A model generated the notes under the pieces. The model was not told where the DNA came from and ran no database searches. It saw only the letters and a program-made list of their open reading frames with translations. The translations under genes were made by a program, and so were the position numbers. This document shows, piece after piece, positions 27,701 through 36,492 of a stretch of 64,000 nucleotides of DNA (the first letter of the stretch is position 1; each line of letters opens with the position of its first letter). The stretch is from a virus: positions 1-64,000 of the IMG/VR virus record IMGVR_UViG_3300031999_000009. One strand, given 5' to 3'.

Positions 27701-28957
27701 ACGTCTCGTCTGGGCGGCGCGCTGGCCAAGATGGCCGGCTCGATGGATGAGAACGCCGAATCTGTCGCGAGGTTCGAGCGTCTGGCGGTGGCCGGATTCA
27801 ACGCCGCAATCTCCGCGGGCGTGCCGTATCTCGACGCCATCGATCAGATGGGCCCGGCTCTCGACAAAATCTCTGAGAAGAACAAGAAGCTCGGACTCGC
27901 CGGCGGCGCCGCCATCCAAGAACTGCTGAAGTTCCGCGAGGTGGTGAACGCCAACAAGGATCTGGTCGAGTCGGCCGGCGCGTTGAACGAGGTCATGTTG
28001 GCGTTGTCCAACACGGGCGCCTTGAACGCGGAGACGATGGCCGACCTTGAGGCGCAGGGCTCCTCGACCTTCGCGCAGTTGACCGCGGCTGGGTTCACGG
28101 AGCAGCAGGCCCTGCAGCAGATGAAGGGCTATCTCGAGAACGTGCGTGACGCACACGAACGTCTCGGCCTTCCGATCGACGAGAACACGCAGAAGATGCT
28201 CGATCAGGCGACTGCGAGTGGCGTGCTGAAAGAGCAGGAGATGTCGACGAACGACGTCATGATGCAGGGACTCGGCGCTATCATCAAGGCGCTGGGCGGA
28301 GACTTGCCCGCGTCGTTCAAGAAGATGACCGATTCCGCGGTGGCCTCAGCCAACACCGTCGCTGGATCGATGACCGGCACGGTCGGCGGAGCCGTCAAGG
28401 CCACCTCCGACCAGATCAAGGCGACCCCGTGGCAGGAATACGCCACGAAGGGTGTTGCGGCCGGGAACATCACATCCTCCGCCGTGAACAAGACGGCCAA
28501 CGCGGTGGATGCCGTCGGCAACCAGCTGGAGAACACGGACTGGAGTGGGTGGGCTGACGAGCTCGTTTCGGCGGCCAACGCGGCCCAGGAAGCGGTGGAC
28601 GGCGTCTCCTTGGGCCACTCGCCAGGCGGCCTGAAGGAGATCCCGCTCAAGATCAAGGACGCGATGGCGGCGTTCAAGGACTTCGAACACATCGGTGTTG
28701 GATCAGCCGAAGAAGTCCAGAAAAGCGTGGACGCGTTGAGCAGCGCTCATGCGAACATTGGCATCGCAGGTGATGCAGCCGGTGGGGCGGCGACTGCAGG
28801 TGGCGGCGGCGGTGGCGAGACGTTCCACATCACCATCCAGGCGCTCGATTCCGCAGGAGTCGACGGCCTCACGGAGACGAAACTCATCCCCGCTATCGTG
28901 AAAGCGTTGCGGAAGGGTGGCCGCAACCTGAGCGACGTTCAAGGGGTCATCCAGTAA
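24728..28957 (+). CDS. Tape measure protein
   Basis: 1409 aa, Ala/Gly/Lys-rich helical, GHSPG motif near the C-terminus. Confidence 0.92.
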   Translation: MADDEVLIKIAADIASAVEGLSTLTEKMSEVVGQITDVGAKSEEAEGATKSFWETWVGGAENGTTASVLWGEQMSQAFDTLKEGVGNAIKALPNLVANSAAVGDELFTMSNRLNIAVGSIGELEYIAGQSGASMQGMARTIQTLGTSLSDVEGKSAKAISALGLSVSDLKKQKPEEAFYQILDAIKQTVPVADQSAKAMEIFGGRFRANTMLLKEDIAGLRASYKQLGMAGEDLNKLAVEGDRYSDNLKNIQLVQDSWKNSIANALLPTINDLLETMPGLGGAVLTLGEGFMSTASSVLPLLGNVALLKGSGLATWAMEAASAIPGVTTAATALKGSLGFLGSAVAVVGVAFAAWEIGKWISNLQLFSGELKTMSQWVEYAGAKTLQFFGIAEKTSDADLKLAISSRAAGEAHKDQAKATAEVGAAAVKAVDGFAQLNAATAKTKAEYDALLPTQRASIKAAIEQGVSLKDIHDATQISTDALTLFKQEMEKAKKVSDSGPLGKFLKEVTDMAPAMKAALASGANMSLVVEQFGKAADDVVKKATLIPGALEKVPVEVRKIADEFQKAELAKVMEGIHKKTIELAAAFQEKLRKAAEETMKAINASVLAAYTNIVKIDDALAISAKTGSEKRLAIIAKAQQDEENIAKGRYGVSDALREKELDAIKRKYDEQRALSEKYTGDVVRDAELRGIKTKAEAEKELAVEQKVLADMLAARGEFTYKDIEKQKETVKSAEVAAGKMKVDWGTALDSINASFTQMATIAGGSFGGILKGVAEVSSGLGVMKSSFGSAIGMFKGAGGLGGIAGSFKNLSGGVGGLIGGITKGLGTVMPMAGAIIAGVGSAIKVGKKLFDVFNKSAGEKAAKEVGKNFGTTITEEAGNAIAKTAKDMFKGDRFAASIYEMNSIIQTAGGITEKNFSQMTARLRDVFSMVETGKFTVEQATKVLEENFGAFADYVTSSGKVASKEFTDIIALNAKFGTQSKQVMDFVAGQTSRLGGALAKMAGSMDENAESVARFERLAVAGFNAAISAGVPYLDAIDQMGPALDKISEKNKKLGLAGGAAIQELLKFREVVNANKDLVESAGALNEVMLALSNTGALNAETMADLEAQGSSTFAQLTAAGFTEQQALQQMKGYLENVRDAHERLGLPIDENTQKMLDQATASGVLKEQEMSTNDVMMQGLGAIIKALGGDLPASFKKMTDSAVASANTVAGSMTGTVGGAVKATSDQIKATPWQEYATKGVAAGNITSSAVNKTANAVDAVGNQLENTDWSGWADELVSAANAAQEAVDGVSLGHSPGGLKEIPLKIKDAMAAFKDFEHIGVGSAEEVQKSVDALSSAHANIGIAGDAAGGAATAGGGGGGETFHITIQALDSAGVDGLTETKLIPAIVKALRKGGRNLSDVQGVIQ

Positions 28958-29760
28958 TGTCGAACTTCCTCTACACACGTCCGACTGAGCGCTTGGCCGG
29001 GACGTTGGCGGTGAACTCAGGCGTTGTCGACTCGGCCTATTTGCCGGCGAACCTCGACGACGGATTCCCGCACAAGCCCGCGAAGCTGACGGGCACGACC
29101 GGGTCATGGACTCGCGATCTCGGGTCCGCGCTGCAGGTTGACTTCTGCGCGGTCTTCCATCACAACTTAGCGGCGGCCGTCGACTTGCGACTGCAGGGCC
29201 ACACGTCTGATGCGTGGGGCGGGCCAGACGTGAACCTGGCGTTCACTGTGGTCGCTGCGCACGCGGATGGCTTCACCAAGAACGTCTACATCGACTTGAC
29301 AGGGTTGCTATCGGCAGCAGGACGCACCAAGCGCTGGTGGCGGTTGCTTGTCAATTCCGCGAACACGTCTGCCGTCGCCGTGGGCGAGTGGGCCATGTAT
29401 TCAGCCGTCCGCAACTTCGGTGTTCGCAACATCAGCAAGGGGTCCGATCGCACGACGCGTCGTCCTGCGCTGACGCACGAGACAGAGCTCCTGGTCAAGC
29501 GGTCCTACGACCTCGGCACGACCATCCGCGGGGTCAAAGTGACCGCTGAGTCCACCGACCTGACGCTCGCGGACATTGACGCCTGGCATCGCTCCTCGTC
29601 CGGCGGCGTGAAGCCGTTCACGATCGTGCCGAACAAGGACGAAGACGAGCCGTGGTTCGTGACGTTCCAGGCCGAGGATCTGGCGTGGAAGCGCGAGAAC
29701 CGCAACTACAATCCGCTGAGCCTTGAGTTTCAAGAGGTGTCGCGCGGGCTGACACTCTGA
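28957..29760 (+). CDS. Distal tail (Dit-like) protein
   Basis: Directly after the tape measure gene; ends ...LEFQEV. Confidence 0.6.
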   Translation: MSNFLYTRPTERLAGTLAVNSGVVDSAYLPANLDDGFPHKPAKLTGTTGSWTRDLGSALQVDFCAVFHHNLAAAVDLRLQGHTSDAWGGPDVNLAFTVVAAHADGFTKNVYIDLTGLLSAAGRTKRWWRLLVNSANTSAVAVGEWAMYSAVRNFGVRNISKGSDRTTRRPALTHETELLVKRSYDLGTTIRGVKVTAESTDLTLADIDAWHRSSSGGVKPFTIVPNKDEDEPWFVTFQAEDLAWKRENRNYNPLSLEFQEVSRGLTL

Positions 29761-29767
29761 GGTAAAG

Positions 29768-30502
29768 ATGTCCAACGTCGCTACGCACATTTTCGTGTCG
29801 GTGGGCCCGGACGGGGCCGACGCGACGCAGATCCAGCCACTTCGCGATTGGAACGAGGGCCACAAGTTCGGTGGCGGTTCGAACAACCAGTTCCTCCAGC
29901 GCGATACCGGCGACGCGACGTATGGGGCCAAGTGGAGCACGGGCCTGACCTACGACGGCACGACGCTGTCGATTGCCAGCGCCATCGCCATCGCCGGCAA
30001 CACGAACAACACCATCACGGGCACGGTGGCTGGCGCCTACACGACCACCATCACGAACTCCTCAGCGAACGCGGCGGCCTATGCCGGGCTCGCGCTGACC
30101 ACGAACTCGGTGTCGCCGTCGTTGCTGCGGGCGATGTCCTCGGCCTTCACGCCGGTGAACGGCGCTCGCGCGGATGGCGCACAGTGGATCAACGCTGCGG
30201 GTGCTGGCGGCCTGGACCTGGCCGCAGGCCACGCCAGCGGAGTTATCACGTTTTGGACGAACGGCGCGGAACGCCTCCGCATCACGGCAGCTGGCCTGCT
30301 CACGTTCGGTGGCACGTCGAACGCGTTCCCCGCCTTGAAGCGGTCCAGCGCCGACGTGCAGGTGCGACTGGCTGACGACTCGGCTTACGCCACGTTGGAT
30401 TGCCTGGGGTTGAAGGCCAGCGGCGCAGCCGGTGCGAGCTTTGGTCCAGCGGCGGTGGCGTCGATTACGGTGGTGAACGGTATTGTGACGGCGATTTCGT
30501 AG
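29768..30502 (+). CDS. Short tail fibre
   Basis: WNEGH N-terminal motif, FWTNGAERLRIT, ITVVNGIVTAIS C-terminus. Confidence 0.65.
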   Translation: MSNVATHIFVSVGPDGADATQIQPLRDWNEGHKFGGGSNNQFLQRDTGDATYGAKWSTGLTYDGTTLSIASAIAIAGNTNNTITGTVAGAYTTTITNSSANAAAYAGLALTTNSVSPSLLRAMSSAFTPVNGARADGAQWINAAGAGGLDLAAGHASGVITFWTNGAERLRITAAGLLTFGGTSNAFPALKRSSADVQVRLADDSAYATLDCLGLKASGAAGASFGPAAVASITVVNGIVTAIS

Positions 30503-30521
30503 ACAAAGGAGACGATGACGA

Positions 30522-30908
30522 ATGAAGAGGGAACTGACGTTCGAAGCGGATCACGGCAAGTTGTTCGAGTCGCTACACCTCGCGTTGCGCCTTGGCCGGA
30601 GCAATCAGCAGTCCGCCCCCGGCAAGGCCACTCTGCGCGCCGAGCGTGACATCTACCGCACGTTCGAGGCCATCTCCATGCCTGACCCGAAGAAACAGGA
30701 GGTCCGGTGCACGTGCGGGCGCGTGGTGTTCGAGCAGGACACCAAGGCTCGCGTGTTGCGGCCAGCTGGCGGCACCGTCGTGCTGACTCAGGCCGAGGTT
30801 GAACTCCTGCAGGACCGCATCGACAAGGGCTTCTGGAGCGGCGACACCGGATTCGACATGGCCGATGCGTTGGACTTCCTCGGCACGGCGAGGGAACGAA
30901 AGGATTAG
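30522..30908 (+). CDS. Hypothetical protein, possible fibre chaperone
   Basis: AAGGAG RBS; follows the fibre gene. Confidence 0.6.
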   Translation: MKRELTFEADHGKLFESLHLALRLGRSNQQSAPGKATLRAERDIYRTFEAISMPDPKKQEVRCTCGRVVFEQDTKARVLRPAGGTVVLTQAEVELLQDRIDKGFWSGDTGFDMADALDFLGTARERKD

Positions 30909-30909
30909 C

Positions 30910-32073
30910 GTGGGCTTCTACGGCGGCCAGAACGGTGGTTACGATCCGGTTGGCTTCTTCACTGAAGGAGAGGTGTCCCTTCCTGAGACGGGCACGTTCC
31001 TGACGTGGGTCGAGTTCACCGACAGCGCGGATGCGACGAACGTCTGGTCGATGCAGGCGCTGGTTGACCCGTCCACCTACTACGGCGGTTTCAAGGAGCC
31101 TCGCGTCATCGAGATGGGAGCCCTGGTGCGTGCGTTGTCCGACATCAACGGCACGTATCAGGGCGCTGACTTCCAACTCGTGCTGTCCGACAACGACCGC
31201 CTGGTGCGTGGGAAACTCAAGGCGTCCTCGACGAAGTTCTTCCTGAATCGGTCCTTGGTCGTGCGGATGATCGACGACGCATCCCGCCGCGAGGGATTGA
31301 CGCCGAGAACCATCATGCGCGGGCTCGTGGCTGATTACCGCCCACTGCCAGACCTCAAGTTCTCCCTGGGTGCGCAAGACGTCATCACGCGTCGCTTCTC
31401 GTCACAAATCGCGTCGCAGAGCCAGGTGCCGAAGCGCACGATCACGTTGGATGACTTCCCCGAGGCTCCACCTGACACGGTGGGCAAGCCCGTGCCGATC
31501 ATCTACGGCGTGGTGTCTGACGAGAACGAGCAAAGCGTCATCGTCGGCACGCAGCCCAAATTCGTTGCGACCGGGAACATGACCTACACGAACCATGGCA
31601 CCGCCGGCACGTGGAACGTGACCTACGTGGTGACACTCGTGGGCGATGAGACGGCCTACCCGCCGTGGGCGGGCGAGAACCAGCAGGACGAGCGCGTGAT
31701 TGGCACGCTCGTCATCCCGAACTGCATTGGTCCGAACGAATTCGTGCAGGGCTCTCGCTACACGACGATCGAATGGGACCAGCCATTCGGGTTCGCGACG
31801 AAAATCTATGGCCGCTTCAAGGATGGGAACAGCTTCAAGGGTGGCACGTTCGGCTACATGGCCTACGTGCCGAAATACATCACTGAGGGCGTGCTCGCGA
31901 CCGACCGCGTGATCTTCCTTGAGGGGTGGTTCAACGCTTCGCAGGACCAGTTCCAGCCACCGACGAACAACATGTATGTCTCGGGGACGTTCGCGGCGGG
32001 GAACACGGTGCTGGTCGACAACGCCAGGGGAGTCATTCAGCCGATCTACGTCGGCCCCAAGCGGTTCAAGTAG
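30910..32073 (+). CDS. Tail-tip hub protein, N-terminal half
   Basis: DFPEAP.DTVGKPVPIIYG hub-like motif; ends GVIQPIYVGPKRFK. Confidence 0.65.
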   Translation: MGFYGGQNGGYDPVGFFTEGEVSLPETGTFLTWVEFTDSADATNVWSMQALVDPSTYYGGFKEPRVIEMGALVRALSDINGTYQGADFQLVLSDNDRLVRGKLKASSTKFFLNRSLVVRMIDDASRREGLTPRTIMRGLVADYRPLPDLKFSLGAQDVITRRFSSQIASQSQVPKRTITLDDFPEAPPDTVGKPVPIIYGVVSDENEQSVIVGTQPKFVATGNMTYTNHGTAGTWNVTYVVTLVGDETAYPPWAGENQQDERVIGTLVIPNCIGPNEFVQGSRYTTIEWDQPFGFATKIYGRFKDGNSFKGGTFGYMAYVPKYITEGVLATDRVIFLEGWFNASQDQFQPPTNNMYVSGTFAAGNTVLVDNARGVIQPIYVGPKRFK

Positions 32074-35000
32074 ATGGCGCGCATCGGAGCGTTCGGCCCA
32101 CTTGTGGGTTACGACTCAGCAGACTGCGGCGCTAGCGGTTTCACGGCTGGAAACAGCGGCGCGCCCATGCCTCGCAACTCTCACGACGGCACGGGTATGG
32201 GCTACGCGCTTCGCTCCTACAGCAATAGCTTGATGTCGCCTCGCTATGGCGACAACGGCGTGACTCAGGTCGCCAAGCTTGCCGCTTACACACGCTTCTG
32301 GATGCGGATTCGCCGGTATCCGCGCGCGATTCCTACGGACCTTGTCGGAGAGTGTTCGTTCTTCGGTTGGCAAGGTAACCAGCAGGGCGGGCCAATGGCG
32401 ACGCTCTACCTCACTCCTGGTGGCCAGATTCGCGTGATGAACGAGGGAAACGCCCTCGCAGCGAACTACAACTCCATGTATCTGTCGCCACCCGTTCCGC
32501 TGAACGAATGGTTCAAATACGAAGTCGCAGTCATCCCCTCGCACAACGCCGGCGTCATCAAGTTTCGCGTGAGCCGTGAAGACGGCACCTACCTATTCGA
32601 CGCAGGGAACCTCGGCAGCAGCCTGCTTGAAGAAGGGATCAACGCCTGGAACGGTGTCACCAGCCAGCAAGTCGTCATCACGACGTTCGGTCGCCACGTC
32701 GGGTCGACGAATTTGGGGTGCGACCTCGACCTATCGCATGGGGCATGGGATGACGCTGATTTCCCTGTCGACTCAAGGATGTCGCTCGTTCCAGTGGTCG
32801 GGTTGGGCACGTATAACTTGTGGACCGGCGGTCGTCCCGACTGGCAGGCCCGTAACATGCAGAGCGGCAGCGGTGGCGCTGAGCAAGTATCCACGACAGC
32901 TGCGGCTGACTTCAACAACCGCCAGAGCTACCGACTGAAGAATCTGCGCGAGTGTGGAATCACAGGGAATATCTACCACTGGCGGATCGCGCTCAACAAC
33001 ACCGCAGGCGGCGCCAGCGGTGCGATTCGCTACTTCATCCGCATCAACGGCACCATTTACGAGACGCCAACGCTGAACACGGCAGGGTCGCCGCTGAACT
33101 GGCAATCATGGACCTTTTCCGGTGTCGTTATCACTCCAGACGACGATCTCGAAATCGGTGTCGGCGGCGGCAGCGCTGGCACGATGGGGATGGGCGGCAT
33201 GTGCCTGCTTGTCGACCACGACTCACCTATCACCGAATTCGCTGGTGGCGACTTCGAGATCCAGAATGTGTCTTGGGTTGGCACTGGAGGGGCTGGCCAG
33301 TCGGTGACGTTGCCGTTCATTCCCCACATGCTTCTGTGGTGGCCGCGCACGGACGTGACGATCGGTAGCGGGAGCTATCCACCCGGAGGCATGTGGTGGG
33401 ACACGCTGTCTGGGTGCCACGACCAGGCGTCTCCTGGCCCTCGCCGTGACCAGATCAGGGTCTTCGAAGACCGCGAGGCGCAGACGGCCACGCTCTCGAT
33501 CGTGGGCAACTACACCCACATGAACGCGGCAGGCATCACGTATGACTGCCTTTGCGTGCGCGATCCACAGAACCGTATTCACGCGCGCGGAAACATCTCC
33601 CAGCGCGCGCAGACGATTCCCGTGAATACCGACGATGCGGATTATCCCATCAACGCCGGCACGTCCACGCCAGAGTTGTTCAGCGTGTTCGCGCCGGAAG
33701 CGATGTTTCTCTATGGGGAGTCTGACAACACGTCCCTGACGGCCTACTTTCGCGGGCTGAAGCAATCGGGCGATGCCACGTTGCCGTGGGGCCCCGCCGT
33801 CGCCGTGACGGACGTGATTCAGGCATTGACCGCCAGTGGGTGGCAAGCTGGCACGCTTGCTTACCAGACGAATCAGATTGACGGCGTATTCATCGGGTTT
33901 CGCACGAATTCGTTCCAGACGTCGAGTCCATTCGCGATCGCGTTCTATCAGGGAGACGCGAGCGGCGGTGGGCTGGCGCCTGGGATCAATCGCACGATCC
34001 CGCTGGCGCTGGGCGGGAAAGTTCCAGAATGGGTCGTCGTCTTTCCCCCCACAAGCGCGCAGCGTTACATGAAGAGCGCCTTCACGCTCGGCAAGATTGT
34101 CGCCTCCTACAGCGAGTCCAACAAGGACAGCGCGGAGACGCTGAACGCTGCGGGCTTCACGCGGACGGCCCAGACGTTCCAGACATCAAACCCTGCTGGA
34201 TCAGTTGAGAAGATCACGTTCTATCTCAAGAAGACCGGCGTGCCGACTGGCACGATGCGGGCGAAGGTGTGGTTGACCAGCGCTGGAGCGCCGACCGGCG
34301 CACTCCAGATCGCATTGAGCGCCACCGTGGACGTGTCAACGCTTTCTGACTCAGCGTTCGCGCTCGTGGACTTCACGTTTCCGTCAGACGAGAAGATCGT
34401 CCTCCTCAACAACACCACCTATGCCGCGGTTCTCGAGTATCTCGGTGGCGATGCGTCGAACTACGTCGAGGTCGGACAAGACGCCAGCGCTCCTGCCGCG
34501 ACTGGGTCCAAATACAACTGGAACGGTGCGGTCTGGGCCATTGACACCGAAGATCTGTGCTTCTACGTGTATCTCGAGAGTGCTCGTGTCTGGGCCGCGG
34601 CCGGTGACACGACGAACGCGATCGTTGACTTGGTCGCGGACGGCGTGGTTGTCAACAACTCGCTGAACGATGGCGTGCTGCAGGGCTCCTACCCTGAGTC
34701 CAACTTCGCGGCCTCTACCGAGAAGCTCGACGGCAGCCCCACGGCGACCGCCCAGACCTTCACGTCGGCTTCGTCGGGAGAGCTCGCCTCTGCGATGTTC
34801 TACCTCAAGAAGACTGGTCTGCCACTGGGCACCTATGCGGCAAAGCTCTATGCGACGGTCGCTGGCGTGCCGACCGGCGCCGCGCTGGCGACGAGCGACG
34901 CGCAGTTGGCTGGCGATCTCGACAACACCAACTACGAGATGATTCGTCTCACGTTCACTGGCGCGAACCGGATCACGCTTGCTGCGGCGACCGTCTACGC

Positions 35001-36492
35001 CATCGCGATTGAATATACCGGCACGGCGTCCGACTACATCGACGTCGCCCAGGACAACACGGCCCCGACCCACGCGGGCGTCAAATACAATTTCACGGGG
35101 GCGTGGGCGAGCGATACCCCAGACCTGATCTTCTACCTGTTTACAGCCAGCGCCGGCTGGTATACCGCCCTGGCGTGGACGACCGGGCTCGACGCCTTGG
35201 GCGTGCTGCCGGACGGTCTGTGGCACAAGTTCTTGGTTGCTGGCCACGCGTGCAAGTCGATCGACTCATGGTATGTCGGTGGCATCAGGCAACCGACGTT
35301 CAGCGCCCAGGGCGACCCGGACACGGAAGCCTATTTCCTGATTCCCGGCTATTCTGCCTACGACAACGCCTTCGGCACGAACGTCACGACCGAGACGATC
35401 AATGGTCGCCTCTACACGGTGTGCTATGTGAAGGAGGGCGGGAACAGCCCGATCGACGTCGAGAGCATCCGAAATGGGTCGACACCGTTCTCGTTGAACG
35501 TGCAGGGCATTGAAGACGTGGGAAACGGGACTGGCACGGTCATCTCGCGTTCCTTCGACATCTACAAGCACGCGATGCAGAACTGGGTCTTCGGAGACTA
35601 CCAAGCGGGGGCCTGGCTGTCGACGCCGACGTTTCCTGATTCTGAGGGTGTCCTGTTGATGCGCGAGGAGAGCTTCAGCGAGGCGTCCGCGCTCTCCGCC
35701 CGTCGCGTCGGTGGAGGTTACGTTGGCGCCGGAGGGTTCGGGCTCGACGGCAATTTCATGTCGGTGCGCGAGGCCGTCCGCGTCCTGAACGTGTCCTGTG
35801 ACTGCGACTCCGGGCTCAATCGCCTGTGCCAGTTCTTCGTCTCCATGACCGACGACGCGGCGGCTGTGCTTACAGCTAGCCCCGTCTTCGTGGACGCGGA
35901 TGATGTGAAGCGCGGATCGTTCTCTGTTGATGACGATTTCGCGAATCACTTCAACGTGGTGCCCTTCGCTTACGCGAAGGACTACGTGTCCGGGTCGAAG
36001 ACGCCGTGGCGTGGGGTTGATGAAGCTCGCGACCAGGCGTCCATTGACGGCTACGAAGACACACTGACCATGCCCGTTCAAGAGCTGGGCTTCGTGCGTG
36101 ATCAAGTCACCGCCTCGGATATTGCACATCGGAAACTGCTGCGCCACAAAGATCCGCCGCGTCGCGTGCAGTTCACGACGCCTGTGCAGGGCTACAACGC
36201 GGAGCTCGGAGACGTTCGCCTGCTCTCTCACTACGAAGGTGTCGGCGCGACCGGGTGGAGTCGCCAGCCTCTGCGCGTGCATCGCCACGCCGCCAACCTG
36301 AACGACGACACGGTGCAGTTCGAGTGCTACGACTTGAGTCGTCTGTTCGAGTCGGCGTTCATCCTCGGCAACGAGGTCGTGCTGAACCCATCGTGGGCGG
36401 CAGCCCCGCCGCTGGATCGCGTCTATGGCTACTTGGCTGACGAGACAACTGAGGTCTTCTCAGACGGCGAACCTGGGAAGCGAGTGCGCTGA
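32074..36492 (+). CDS. Receptor-binding/hub C-half protein 1 (1472 aa)
   Basis: Variable N-terminal lectin-like region, duplicated internal domain, shared ~425-aa C-domain ending PGKRVR. Confidence 0.8.
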   Translation: MARIGAFGPLVGYDSADCGASGFTAGNSGAPMPRNSHDGTGMGYALRSYSNSLMSPRYGDNGVTQVAKLAAYTRFWMRIRRYPRAIPTDLVGECSFFGWQGNQQGGPMATLYLTPGGQIRVMNEGNALAANYNSMYLSPPVPLNEWFKYEVAVIPSHNAGVIKFRVSREDGTYLFDAGNLGSSLLEEGINAWNGVTSQQVVITTFGRHVGSTNLGCDLDLSHGAWDDADFPVDSRMSLVPVVGLGTYNLWTGGRPDWQARNMQSGSGGAEQVSTTAAADFNNRQSYRLKNLRECGITGNIYHWRIALNNTAGGASGAIRYFIRINGTIYETPTLNTAGSPLNWQSWTFSGVVITPDDDLEIGVGGGSAGTMGMGGMCLLVDHDSPITEFAGGDFEIQNVSWVGTGGAGQSVTLPFIPHMLLWWPRTDVTIGSGSYPPGGMWWDTLSGCHDQASPGPRRDQIRVFEDREAQTATLSIVGNYTHMNAAGITYDCLCVRDPQNRIHARGNISQRAQTIPVNTDDADYPINAGTSTPELFSVFAPEAMFLYGESDNTSLTAYFRGLKQSGDATLPWGPAVAVTDVIQALTASGWQAGTLAYQTNQIDGVFIGFRTNSFQTSSPFAIAFYQGDASGGGLAPGINRTIPLALGGKVPEWVVVFPPTSAQRYMKSAFTLGKIVASYSESNKDSAETLNAAGFTRTAQTFQTSNPAGSVEKITFYLKKTGVPTGTMRAKVWLTSAGAPTGALQIALSATVDVSTLSDSAFALVDFTFPSDEKIVLLNNTTYAAVLEYLGGDASNYVEVGQDASAPAATGSKYNWNGAVWAIDTEDLCFYVYLESARVWAAAGDTTNAIVDLVADGVVVNNSLNDGVLQGSYPESNFAASTEKLDGSPTATAQTFTSASSGELASAMFYLKKTGLPLGTYAAKLYATVAGVPTGAALATSDAQLAGDLDNTNYEMIRLTFTGANRITLAAATVYAIAIEYTGTASDYIDVAQDNTAPTHAGVKYNFTGAWASDTPDLIFYLFTASAGWYTALAWTTGLDALGVLPDGLWHKFLVAGHACKSIDSWYVGGIRQPTFSAQGDPDTEAYFLIPGYSAYDNAFGTNVTTETINGRLYTVCYVKEGGNSPIDVESIRNGSTPFSLNVQGIEDVGNGTGTVISRSFDIYKHAMQNWVFGDYQAGAWLSTPTFPDSEGVLLMREESFSEASALSARRVGGGYVGAGGFGLDGNFMSVREAVRVLNVSCDCDSGLNRLCQFFVSMTDDAAAVLTASPVFVDADDVKRGSFSVDDDFANHFNVVPFAYAKDYVSGSKTPWRGVDEARDQASIDGYEDTLTMPVQELGFVRDQVTASDIAHRKLLRHKDPPRRVQFTTPVQGYNAELGDVRLLSHYEGVGATGWSRQPLRVHRHAANLNDDTVQFECYDLSRLFESAFILGNEVVLNPSWAAAPPLDRVYGYLADETTEVFSDGEPGKRVR

